Shown: piece by piece, positions 52,229 to 61,237 of the stretch
Layout of the letters: every line of letters begins with the position of its first letter
Position numbering within the stretch: the stretch's first letter is position 1
Source: a virus
Taxonomy: Duplodnaviria; Heunggongvirae; Uroviricota; Caudoviricetes
DNA length: 64,000 bases
Virus record (IMG/VR): IMGVR_UViG_3300028571_000011
Strand: one strand, 5' to 3'
Translations under genes and position numbers: made by a program
The notes under the pieces: generated by a model
Seen by the model: the letters and a program-made list of their open reading frames with translations, nothing else
Database searches by the model: none
What the model was told of the DNA's origin: nothing

Positions 52229-52477
52229 ATGGAGCTTCTCATGACCGCTAGCTACATCAATGTCAGAGTTGAACCCGGTGAGCTTGTGTGCGAGAGCGGC
52301 AAGACTTACCCCAGCCACACGTGCATCGGAACCATCCAGCTTGCACCACCCCACAAGATCAACCGCTGGACGCCCTGTGGCTACGTGCCGCGTGGTTACC
52401 CGAAGGCAGCAGACAAGATGTTGGTTGTTGCGCGTGAGAAGCTGATTGCCGACTTGTCCAAAGGAGTTTCACCATGA
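52229..52477 (+). CDS. hypothetical protein
   Basis: 82 aa. Confidence 0.45.
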   Translation: MELLMTASYINVRVEPGELVCESGKTYPSHTCIGTIQLAPPHKINRWTPCGYVPRGYPKAADKMLVVAREKLIADLSKGVSP

Positions 52478-52737
52478 GCATGGTTGACGGTATCAAAGTG
52501 AAGTCGCTGAACATGTTCGAGGCTGCAGAGGGCAACCGAGTTCGGTTGACCATGTACGTCGACTTCAAGCACACGGACAAGCTGAACTTCGAAAGCTCCG
52601 CGACCTTCACGAAGGTCATGCCAGCGAACATCTTCACCGACATGGTGAAGGAAGACCCGGACTGGAAACAGAGTCAGACCAAGTCTGGCGGCTGGACCAT
52701 GCTGACGAATGCATTCAACCGAGAAATCGGCAGCTGA
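52474..52737 (+). CDS. hypothetical protein
   Basis: 87 aa. Confidence 0.45.
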   Translation: MSMVDGIKVKSLNMFEAAEGNRVRLTMYVDFKHTDKLNFESSATFTKVMPANIFTDMVKEDPDWKQSQTKSGGWTMLTNAFNREIGS

Positions 52738-52985
52738 TGGAGATTCCCATGTCGGCTGTCCAGAAAAACCGTGACCCAATCTTGGATGTCATGATGATCC
52801 TCATGATCTTCTCCACCATGGTCTTCTTCATTGTTGCCGTGTCACTCGTGACAGCCACAGCAATCGTTGACCTCCAGCGGCAACACCAGCAGCAATCCTG
52901 CAAACCATGCTCTTGCACACCAGCTGAAGCTGTTGAAGCCACCGAAGTGGACCTCGTTCCTGTCGAAGTTGTTCCTTTTCCATAA
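52737..52985 (+). CDS. small membrane protein
   Basis: hydrophobic core ILDVMMILMIFSTMVFFIVAVSLV. Confidence 0.4.
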   Translation: MEIPMSAVQKNRDPILDVMMILMIFSTMVFFIVAVSLVTATAIVDLQRQHQQQSCKPCSCTPAEAVEATEVDLVPVEVVPFP

Positions 52986-52993
52986 AGCAGTGC

Positions 52994-53022
52994 TTGACTA
53001 CCGACGAACGATCTGATAGGAG
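52994..53022 (+). promoter_or_regulatory. conserved promoter cassette: -35 TTGACT, -10 TAGGAG-like
   Basis: TAAAGCAGTGCTTGACTACCGACGAACGATCTGATAGGAG; ATG at 53029. Confidence 0.45.
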
Positions 53023-53028
53023 TATCTG

Positions 53029-54489
53029 ATGACTTTTCCAATCTCTCCCACTCTTCGTGTCATGCTGGAAGCTATCGTCGCTTCTGGTGGTCGTCCTGCC
53101 ATCATCGGCGGCTCCGTTCGTGACTGGGTCTTGGGTCTGGAGCCCAAGGACATCGACGTCGAGGTCTACGGCTTGGACGTGGCTGACTTGGAACTCGCCC
53201 TGTCGAAGTTCAAGGTTGACGCTGTCGGTCGTGCCTTCGGTGTCTTCAAGGTGACCATCGAAGGTGAGACGTTTGACGTTTCGCTTCCTCGTCGCGAGTC
53301 CAAGGAAGGCCATGGCCACCGTGGCTTCATGGTGTCCTCTGACCCGACGATGACTCCCGAAGAGGCTGCTCTTCGACGTGACTTCACGGTCAACACTCTT
53401 GGCTGGGACTTCATCGACGGCAAGCTGATGGACTTCCACGGCGGCATGGCTGACATCAAGGCCAAGGTTCTGCGTCACACCAGCCCAGCTTTCGCTGAGG
53501 ATCCTCTTCGTGTGCTGCGTGGCTGTCAGTTCGCTGGTCGCTTCGGCTTCACCATGGACGGAGACACCATCGACATGTGCCTCAGCCTCACTGAGGAGCT
53601 TCGTACGCTCCCTGTAGAGCGGCTGTGGACTGAGTGGGTCAAGCTCCTGACGAAGAGCCCCAAGCCCTCTGTGGGCCTGACAGCGCTGGTTGAGACCGGT
53701 GCCATCGAGGTCTTCCCCGAAGTGAAGGCGCTGCTGTACGTTCCTCAGGAGCCTGAGTGGCATCCAGAAGGTCAGGACCACCCGTTGGGCAGTCTCTGGG
53801 TGCACAACTGCATGGTCACGGACATGGCTGTTCGTGTGCTGGACGATGATGGTGTCACTGACGCTGAGGAGCGTTTGATCATCATCCTCGGTGCCTTCTG
53901 TCACGACTTCGGCAAGCCTGCCACGACTGTGTTCGAGCGGGATCGCTGGCGGTCTTTGGCCCATGAGGAAGCCGGTGAAGCTCCGACTCGAAGCTTCCTG
54001 ACCCGGATTGGTGCGCCGCACCACATCATCGAGGCAGTTGTGCCTCTGGTGATGCAGCACCTCAAGCCTTTCCACTTGGCTCGTGACAAGGCTAGCAGTG
54101 GTTCTGTCCGTCGCTTGGCGCTGAAGGTTCCTCTGGAGCGTCTGTGTCGTGTGGGTCGTGCTGACTTCTTGGGTCGGACCACTCCTGACGCTCTGGCCAT
54201 CACGGACAGCCGTGAGGTTGAGGAGACGAAGTGGCTTCTGGAACGGGCAATCGAACTTGCGGTTCGTGACTCTGCTCCTCAGCCTCTCGTCATGGGTCGT
54301 CATCTGATCGATGCTGGCATGAAGCCGAGCCGAGAGTTCGGCGAGGTCCTCAAACGAGCGTTCGAGTACCAGCTGGACGGCTTCATCTTCGACGAGGAGT
54401 CGGCCCTTCGCTTCGTGAAGGAGAAGGTTGTGGTGACGGATGATGGCCATGGGCAGGTTGTGGATGGCTGGACCGGTACTTGCGGCTGA
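53029..54489 (+). CDS. cca: CCA-adding tRNA nucleotidyltransferase with a C-terminal HD domain
   Basis: IIGGSVRDWVLGLEPKDIDVEV polymerase-beta head; RRDFTVNTL; HD motif FCHDFGKP. Confidence 0.85.
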   Translation: MTFPISPTLRVMLEAIVASGGRPAIIGGSVRDWVLGLEPKDIDVEVYGLDVADLELALSKFKVDAVGRAFGVFKVTIEGETFDVSLPRRESKEGHGHRGFMVSSDPTMTPEEAALRRDFTVNTLGWDFIDGKLMDFHGGMADIKAKVLRHTSPAFAEDPLRVLRGCQFAGRFGFTMDGDTIDMCLSLTEELRTLPVERLWTEWVKLLTKSPKPSVGLTALVETGAIEVFPEVKALLYVPQEPEWHPEGQDHPLGSLWVHNCMVTDMAVRVLDDDGVTDAEERLIIILGAFCHDFGKPATTVFERDRWRSLAHEEAGEAPTRSFLTRIGAPHHIIEAVVPLVMQHLKPFHLARDKASSGSVRRLALKVPLERLCRVGRADFLGRTTPDALAITDSREVEETKWLLERAIELAVRDSAPQPLVMGRHLIDAGMKPSREFGEVLKRAFEYQLDGFIFDEESALRFVKEKVVVTDDGHGQVVDGWTGTCG

Positions 54490-54513
54490 GAGCAATGAGA
54501 GCGACGGTGACGA

Positions 54514-54882
54514 ATGACATGCGGAACACATTCAACTTGTTACAAGTGCCGTAAGCCGGATGACTCCTGCTCGTGCAATGACGTCAAGCCAGTGGTCAAA
54601 CCCACTGTGAAGTGGGTTGCCAGTGACGAAGGCATCGACACCGAGGATGGTGAGACTGTCCTCTGTCACCAGTACGACTGGACGACAGGTGAAACGACGA
54701 TGTTCTACAGCAAGCGGTTTAAGCCTGTCTTGCTCGCTGTTCCTGAGTTGCTGGAAGCTCTGCAGGGATGTGTCGCCGAGCTTGAGCAGCTGGACAAGTG
54801 CTACGCAACCCGCCTCGACGAAGAAGGCAGCGCCCGTCTTGCCAAAGCACAAGCCGCCATCGCAAAGGCCACCAAGCTGTGA
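54514..54882 (+). CDS. hypothetical protein
   Basis: 122 aa. Confidence 0.5.
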   Translation: MTCGTHSTCYKCRKPDDSCSCNDVKPVVKPTVKWVASDEGIDTEDGETVLCHQYDWTTGETTMFYSKRFKPVLLAVPELLEALQGCVAELEQLDKCYATRLDEEGSARLAKAQAAIAKATKL

Positions 54883-54936
54883 CGAGACCTCAGTACGAGA
54901 GTCAGGACGATAGGAAAGAGGAAAGCAAGATTGCGC

Positions 54937-55331
54937 GGGTGATTGCTGCTTCAGCAAACTGCTACGCCGTCAAACTGCCGATTTCCTATCGTCTTGACTA
55001 CGCTTTTCACGACAGCACAAACGACGCCCAGATACGGTTCTGGGCTGAAGTGAAGCGGCGGCACAACAACCACGATGCCTACCCGACCTACATGGTCTCG
55101 TTGGCGAAGTGGATGGCAGCTGCCGAGATGAATCGAATCACCAGCAAGCGAGTGCTGTTCGGCATCAAGTACGACGACGGCGTCTACCTGCTGAAGGTGA
55201 CAGAGAAGTCATTGCTCGACATGAGACCATTCCTGACCTATGCCATGGGTGGCAGAACCGACCGTGGTGACGCTGCCGACATCGAGCCTGTGGTCCACAT
55301 CCCGATGACCTATTTCGAGTATCTGGAGTAG
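54937..55331 (+). CDS. hypothetical protein (start uncertain, GTG)
   Basis: part of ORF 54798..55331; GGAAAGAGGAAAG upstream. Confidence 0.35.
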
Positions 55332-55332
55332 A

Positions 55333-55863
55333 ATGAACAACATCGACGACGAGGCCACCATTGCCATTGCGAAAGAAGTTCGCGGCCTGAGAGCACTGCT
55401 TGAGATCTGGAGTGACCGTGCTGCAGAGGTGGAGCAGATTTCCATTCCACACGTCAGGCGTGAAGAGACTCGCAAGTCCCTTGCTGAAGCAGTGGCGAAG
55501 AAGGTTGCGAATTGCAAGCACTTCGTGGTCAACGAAGAGTCTTGGGGTGGCGAGGACACACTCGGCAATTCGGCGCATGACCGAGAGACCACAGAGGTCA
55601 CCTGCCTTCTCTGCAAGCAGAAGCTTCTCACATCGAAGAGTGAGCGTGATGCCAAGTACCGCAAGAGGACGTGGCATATTCTGCCAGCGTATGCTGGCAC
55701 CGGTGAGGACTTCAATCCTTTCTACGGTCGACGAATGTATTTCCCCGGTTCTATCCGAAAAGATGAACGCGCCGCAATCGTCAGACGTATCAGGAACACC
55801 GACTGGGAAACGACAGAACAACTCGTATGGGCAATCAAAGAAGCTAAAGGCTCAGTCCTTTAG
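55333..55863 (+). CDS. hypothetical protein
   Basis: 176 aa. Confidence 0.5.
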   Translation: MNNIDDEATIAIAKEVRGLRALLEIWSDRAAEVEQISIPHVRREETRKSLAEAVAKKVANCKHFVVNEESWGGEDTLGNSAHDRETTEVTCLLCKQKLLTSKSERDAKYRKRTWHILPAYAGTGEDFNPFYGRRMYFPGSIRKDERAAIVRRIRNTDWETTEQLVWAIKEAKGSVL

Positions 55864-55915
55864 CTTAGGAGTAAGGTGTTCGGCGAAGGTTGGTCGAAGA
55901 AGGCAATCTGATCTG

Positions 55916-56194
55916 ATGGCGAAGAAGCGTGGCGATCTACTTTCTGACATCAAGCAATCCAAAGATGCACTCATCGCATCAGAACGGCGCGGCAGAAAAG
56001 CTGTTCAACGCCTGAGGGGCATCGAGAAGATCTTCGAGACGCTCATACCCAAGATGAGAAACTGGTCAGACCTCCCTGTGGCTGACGAGAGCATTGCTCG
56101 ATGTCTGACAACTGGTGAATGTCGAAGGATCATCAAGGCCCTTGAAGCACCAGAGTCAGACGCCGAGCCCACAGAAGATAAAGCTTCTGCTTGA
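55916..56194 (+). CDS. hypothetical protein
   Basis: ATG inside ORF 55400..56194, downstream of the previous CDS. Confidence 0.35.
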   Translation: MAKKRGDLLSDIKQSKDALIASERRGRKAVQRLRGIEKIFETLIPKMRNWSDLPVADESIARCLTTGECRRIIKALEAPESDAEPTEDKASA

Positions 56195-56224
56195 CCTGAA
56201 GGCAGTAGCCAGTAAAGGACAGCT

Positions 56225-56425
56225 ATGTCGCGTATTTATGTGATCGATGTTCCATGCTCGGAGTGCAGGGTCGGTACGGGTGAGCAATGTGTGAGGTCGA
56301 ATGGTCGACCGTTCTCCCGTGTGACGGGCATGACCGACCGACCGTACCAGTACCACCAGCCGCGCCGACTTCTCTACAACACCGTCAAAGCTCAAGTGCT
56401 CCTCGGCCTGACCGCTTCTGCATAG
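56225..56425 (+). CDS. small zinc-ribbon-like protein
   Basis: CSEC...GEQC. Confidence 0.4.
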   Translation: MSRIYVIDVPCSECRVGTGEQCVRSNGRPFSRVTGMTDRPYQYHQPRRLLYNTVKAQVLLGLTASA

Positions 56426-56431
56426 TATCAC

Positions 56432-56459
56432 TTGACTTGTAGGCCACAACTGATAAGGT
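56432..56459 (+). promoter_or_regulatory. conserved promoter cassette: -35 TTGACT, -10 TAAGGT (TGA-extended)
   Basis: CACTTGACTTGTAGGCCACAACTGATAAGGT; ATG at 56467. Confidence 0.55.
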
Positions 56460-56466
56460 TCAACGC

Positions 56467-56661
56467 ATGAGCACGGACCAAAAGATGAAGATTGCGGGAC
56501 TTCGGAAGCGCTGGCAGGAAGCTGAGAGGAAGGCTGATGAAGCTCAGCTTCGCGCTGACCAAGCTGTCGGTCTCGCAGAGAGCTTGTCTATCGAGGCAAC
56601 CACCCTGCTTGAAGAGTATGAAGAAGCCTGTGCCGAAGCCACGGAAGAGGAGGACGAATGA
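56467..56661 (+). CDS. small coiled-coil protein
   Basis: 64 aa. Confidence 0.45.
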   Translation: MSTDQKMKIAGLRKRWQEAERKADEAQLRADQAVGLAESLSIEATTLLEEYEEACAEATEEEDE

Positions 56662-56909
56662 ACAGCGCTGAGCAGACCTACGTCATCCCCATCGTTGATG
56701 CTTACGACCTCGGTGGCCCCATCGGCTACCTGAATGGCAACGTCGTTGCTGACGAGACCATCGTCGCGAAGGACGAAGCTGGCCAGTCCTACCGCATCAA
56801 GGTTCGGTTCTCTGGCGTTACGGAGAAGGCTGTCATCGAGCAGATCGACACCTACGTTCGTCAGATTCGACGAGTTGGTTCCATCGACCCCACTCGGTGG
56901 TCAGTCTGA
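56658..56909 (+). CDS. hypothetical protein
   Basis: 83 aa. Confidence 0.45.
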   Translation: MNSAEQTYVIPIVDAYDLGGPIGYLNGNVVADETIVAKDEAGQSYRIKVRFSGVTEKAVIEQIDTYVRQIRRVGSIDPTRWSV

Positions 56910-56912
56910 TGA

Positions 56913-57206
56913 ATGGCTGGTGAATTCAAAGTTGTGCCGTATGTGTTCACGTCAGTGCCTGTCATTGTACTGAACACGGCTACTGTCGAACAGATTGCTT
57001 TCCTCAAGAGGGCAATCCTCAGCTTTGATTCATCAGACATTTTCTACACGCAGAGGCAGATTTGTGACCCCGCCATCGCCGCCATCTCTGAAGATTATGT
57101 CCTGATCAACTTCTACTCAGACTTCCCTGAAGCTGAGTTGTATGTCGAGTGGCTGAACTCGGTCTACGACCAGACTCTCCTCGATCTTGGCTTCCACCCC
57201 GGTTGA
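56913..57206 (+). CDS. hypothetical protein
   Basis: 97 aa. Confidence 0.45.
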   Translation: MAGEFKVVPYVFTSVPVIVLNTATVEQIAFLKRAILSFDSSDIFYTQRQICDPAIAAISEDYVLINFYSDFPEAELYVEWLNSVYDQTLLDLGFHPG

Positions 57207-57261
57207 CCGATTCCAATCATACCCTGTTGCTTGGAATACCAAACGCAACTACAAGTAGGCC

Positions 57262-57669
57262 ATGAAACCGTTTCCATTCCATCTCACTCGCCGCCAGTCT
57301 CTCTGGTCTTTTGCTGCCATCGTCGCCATCGATCTGTTCTGGTTTCGTGCTGCGTTGCCGCTCCTGATGTCCAGTGCATCGAACGTCGGCGTCGTGTTTG
57401 GCGTACTGACCAGCGTGGCTCTCATTGTCCTGCACATCGACGTCATCTGGTCGTTCATCGACCCGGCTGCTGACAACGAGTACATCTACACGTGTCACTT
57501 CTGTGACTCGAACAAGTTCGCTCGGAGCGACAAGTACGACAACGGCGTCCCCGATGACTGGACCGTGTTCCAGCATGGTCGCAGCCGTCGCATCGTGGCC
57601 TGTGGCGAATCAGGCTGCCGTGTAGCCATCGCCAAATCCATGGCAGAAACCCTCACCTTTCACCCGTGA
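57262..57669 (+). CDS. membrane protein
   Basis: two predicted TM segments at the N-terminus. Confidence 0.5.
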   Translation: MKPFPFHLTRRQSLWSFAAIVAIDLFWFRAALPLLMSSASNVGVVFGVLTSVALIVLHIDVIWSFIDPAADNEYIYTCHFCDSNKFARSDKYDNGVPDDWTVFQHGRSRRIVACGESGCRVAIAKSMAETLTFHP

Positions 57670-57704
57670 CAGTAACGAAGCTTCGGCTTCAAAAGGAAAA
57701 GCAG

Positions 57705-58560
57705 ATGAACACAAAGTTTATTCTACCGTTCGTGTTGGCAGCGTTCGCGTTGTCTGGTTGTGATTGTCACAGACGTTCGTGCTGGCAACGTCGGTGTACT
57801 GGTCAACACCATGGGTGCTGGCAAGGGCGAGATCAAGAAGGTCGGCGTTGGTCGGTACTTCCTCGGCGTTGGCGAAGACATCTTCATCTTCCCCACGTTC
57901 AAGCAGACCGCAACGTGGACCAAGAGCCTCACTGAAGGCAATCCAGTCGATGAGTCTCTCTCGTTCCAGACCAAGGAGGGGATGCCAATCAATGTCGACG
58001 TCGGTATCACCTACCACTTGGAAGAGGACAAGGTGGTTGACCTGTTCCGCAGCTATCGTCGTGGTGCTGATGAGATCACCCACATCTTCCTGCGAAATCA
58101 CATCCGCGATGCCATGGTCCGCACTGCTGCTCCGCTGAGCATCGAGCAGGTCAGCACTGGTCGGTCAGCCTTCATGGATACCGTCAAGGAGCTTGTCACA
58201 GAGAAGGTGGCCCCGCTTGGTATCGTGATTGAGGATATCTATCTGGTGAATGACTTCCGCTACCCTGAACTGGTGCGCAAAGCCATCGACGATAAGAACG
58301 CTGCCATCCAGCGTGCACAGCAACGTGAGAACGAGCTTCGTGAGACGGAAGCTGAGAGCAAGAAGGTCGCTGCTCAGGCTCGTGGCAAGGCCGAAGCCAT
58401 CCTCGCTGAAGCTGAAGCACAGTCCAAGGCCAACGAACTCCTGAGCAAGAGCATCACCCAGCAGCTGATTGAGATCAAGAAGATCGAAAAATGGGACGGA
58501 AAACTCTCTCAAGTATCTGGTTCCTCAACTCCAATGATTGACATGCGCATCGAGAAGTGA
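57705..58560 (+). pseudogene. SPFH/band-7 (prohibitin/HflC-like) gene whose lipoprotein signal peptide (57705..57761, frame 0) is out of frame with the SPFH body (57760..58560, frame +1): a frameshift or sequencing indel
   Basis: MNTKFILPFVLAAFALSGC lipobox in one frame; VIVTDVRAGNVGVLVNTMGAGKGEIKK SPFH body starts 1 nt out of frame. Confidence 0.5.
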
Positions 58561-58757
58561 AAACGTCTTGGGATGCTGTGGCTCCTGAGTAAGAATCTTT
58601 ATAGAGAGAAGGGCTACGATGCCCTTCTCTCTTCAATTCAGCGGCTGGGAATCAAGTACCAAGTCGTCACGCCTGTGCCTTTCGCTGATGATATCTACGC
58701 CGCTGATGTTGGGAGGCTCGTAGCCTCGATTGCTGATTACCTTGAAGGAGAGCAGAG

Positions 58758-59084
58758 ATGACATTGAAGTACATGCCAGTTGAAGAGTTCTTGCGTCTTG
58801 GTTACCTGCAGGAGTTGAATCGTCAGTTCCTCCACCCACTTGGTCTGGCCATCATCGTCAACATCGACGACGACGGCACTCACACGTTGGGCGCAATCTG
58901 GGATTGCCGCGAAGACCCTGAGGGCATCTATTTCAATGAAGGAGTTCTCAACAAGGAGAAAGCTTCCTTCATCGAAAAGGAGTTTCTGGTCAGGTGGGGG
59001 ACTCGTGCTGCTGCACTTGGCTTTGCCATTCAGCCCGTACCAACCCCAGCCATCGAGCCTGAACCAGAGGTTGACAAGATCTGA
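58758..59084 (+). CDS. hypothetical protein
   Basis: 108 aa. Confidence 0.45.
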   Translation: MTLKYMPVEEFLRLGYLQELNRQFLHPLGLAIIVNIDDDGTHTLGAIWDCREDPEGIYFNEGVLNKEKASFIEKEFLVRWGTRAAALGFAIQPVPTPAIEPEPEVDKI

Positions 59085-59106
59085 CTATAAAGCGAGCTTA
59101 CGCGTT

Positions 59107-60135
59107 ATGACACCAGTAACACGTAAGCTCGCTTCAATCGTTTCCATCTTGTCTGTGGAGCCGGTCCCCAACGCTGACCGCTTGGAGAAGATCGGTAGTC
59201 TCGGCTACCAAGTCGTTTCAGAGAAGGGGCGATGGTCTGTCGGAGACATGGCTGTCTACTTCGAGGCCGACTCTGTGCTGCCGGACATCGACGCCCTTCG
59301 CTGGGTCTGGACCCCGAAGGACACGCCACCAGACGTCAAGGTGCCTCGTCCAGCGGACCAGCGTCTCCGTGCCGTCCGTCTTCGCGGTTGCCTCTCCATG
59401 GGCATCTTGCTGAAGTTGCCAGAGCTTGGACTTGATCCGAAGGACTTCAAGACTGGTGACGATGTCACGAGCTTGCTTGGAGTCACCCAATTTGAGGAAG
59501 ACTCCTCGGATGAAGCCTTCCGTGCGCCATTCCCGTCCTTCGTGTCGAGGACCAGCGAGATGCGCGCTCAGAGCCTCCCAGACGTCCTGAAGGAGTTGGC
59601 TGGCAAGGCTTGGGTGGCCACGCTCAAGATCGACGGGCAGAGCCTCACAGCTTATCTAGATGCTGGTGATCTTCACGTCACTGGTCGGAAGCATTCGATC
59701 CTTGAGTCCGATGTGCCGCACTGGCGAGTGGCCCGGAAGTACAAGCTGCAGGATGTCCTGAGAGAAAACCCTCACCTCGTGATCCAAGGTGAAGTCGCAG
59801 GCCCCGGCATCTTGGGCAACAAGCTCGAACTCAAGGAGCACGACTTCTTCGTGTACAACATCCACCACAAGCAGGAGGACCGACTGTTCCTTGATGCTGA
59901 GATGCGCGAGTTCTGTGCTGACCATGGGCTGAAGGCTGTACCGAAGGTTGCTGAAGGTGTCGAGTTCTCCAAGACGATGGATGAGCTTCAGGAGCTTTCA
60001 GCTGGCAAGTACGAAGGTACCAACCGGAATCGGGAAGGCATCGTTGTGCGGCCTCGTGATGAATTGATCCGATCAGACACCGTCGGCAAGTGGCTGTCCT
60101 TCAAGATGATCAACAACTCTTCCCTCGTGAAGTGA
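59107..60135 (+). CDS. ATP-dependent RNA ligase (covalent nucleotidyltransferase superfamily)
   Basis: motif I TLKIDGQS (KxDG); motif IV-like EGIVVRP; motif V-like KWLSFK; ATG at 59107 inside ORF 58840..60135. Confidence 0.65.
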   Translation: MTPVTRKLASIVSILSVEPVPNADRLEKIGSLGYQVVSEKGRWSVGDMAVYFEADSVLPDIDALRWVWTPKDTPPDVKVPRPADQRLRAVRLRGCLSMGILLKLPELGLDPKDFKTGDDVTSLLGVTQFEEDSSDEAFRAPFPSFVSRTSEMRAQSLPDVLKELAGKAWVATLKIDGQSLTAYLDAGDLHVTGRKHSILESDVPHWRVARKYKLQDVLRENPHLVIQGEVAGPGILGNKLELKEHDFFVYNIHHKQEDRLFLDAEMREFCADHGLKAVPKVAEGVEFSKTMDELQELSAGKYEGTNRNREGIVVRPRDELIRSDTVGKWLSFKMINNSSLVK

Positions 60136-60141
60136 GTAACT

Positions 60142-61170
60142 ATGACCAAAGAAATTGATGCTGAACAGATGGTTGCCGAGCTTCGACTTGCTGCTGAGCA
60201 GGTTATGACTCATTGTCTCCAAAACACGACATGGGCGTTTGAGGCTCGACAAGCAGTAAGTGGGCTGCAAGCAGCCCTAGACAAGTCTGCTCCCATCGCC
60301 GGTCGGTGGTGTCTGGCGAGCGAGCGGGATGAGGCGGTGCGCGAACGTGACGACGCCCAAGCGTGCTTCCAAAAGGCTTGGACGGTGGCGACCGAGGCCA
60401 ACACCCGCGCTGATGTGTCTGACGCCGCTGCACGCGCACTTGGTGTCGACTTCGATCGTGTGCTGCGCGAGTGCAGCGCCGCCACCGCCCGCGCTGAGAG
60501 GGCTGACGTGATCTGTGTCGATCAGTACAAAGAGTACAGCAACGCAAAGGAGCGCTGGCGAGTCGAGTTTGCGGCAATGTTTGAGCGGATGAGTAAGGCA
60601 TCAGACCGTGTTGCCATCTGGCGACAACACTGTACCTGCGGCACGAGCCACGGCCAGCCAAAAGCATACACGGTAGACCAGCTTCGTAGTGCTTTCGCTG
60701 AAGCCTGCTTGTCCCCTGAAACGCCGTTCTTCAAAGAGTGGCCTGCCATTGCCGCTGCCGTTGAACGTGCACTGGCGAGCGAAAACAAGCGAAAGGAGAT
60801 GGTCGCTGAGGTGTGGGGCGTTGAGATGCGCAACGGCGGATGGTTGGGCCTCGGTGCGGCACTGACCGGGTCAGGCTCGTCAGTCGACATCGTCAAGGCA
60901 CACCGCTTCTCGACAAAGGAGGAGGCTGAGAAGGTGGCGAGTGAATTCTCCTTTGCTGGCGGGATGGCAAAGCGTATCGACGGCGAAGCTGTTGTCAGAA
61001 TCGATGAACTCGCCAAAGAGCGCGATATCGCAAACGCAAACGCTGTTGCATGGGAGGCACGTGCTGAGAAAGCGGAGGCGGTTGTTGAGAGGTGGCGCGA
61101 CGAAGCCGTGATGCGCGAACGCAAGGTGGACGAGTTGACCATCCGCGCCGTCGCCGCCGAGCGCACATAA
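60142..61170 (+). CDS. Ala/Arg-rich hypothetical protein (compositional outlier, higher GC)
   Basis: 342 aa; GC visibly higher than its neighbours. Confidence 0.45.
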   Translation: MTKEIDAEQMVAELRLAAEQVMTHCLQNTTWAFEARQAVSGLQAALDKSAPIAGRWCLASERDEAVRERDDAQACFQKAWTVATEANTRADVSDAAARALGVDFDRVLRECSAATARAERADVICVDQYKEYSNAKERWRVEFAAMFERMSKASDRVAIWRQHCTCGTSHGQPKAYTVDQLRSAFAEACLSPETPFFKEWPAIAAAVERALASENKRKEMVAEVWGVEMRNGGWLGLGAALTGSGSSVDIVKAHRFSTKEEAEKVASEFSFAGGMAKRIDGEAVVRIDELAKERDIANANAVAWEARAEKAEAVVERWRDEAVMRERKVDELTIRAVAAERT

Positions 61171-61237
61171 AAGGCGATCCGTCGCCTCGCTGTGACCTTC
61201 ACTGTGACACATGTGCGGAGAAGGCTGAGGAGAAATC

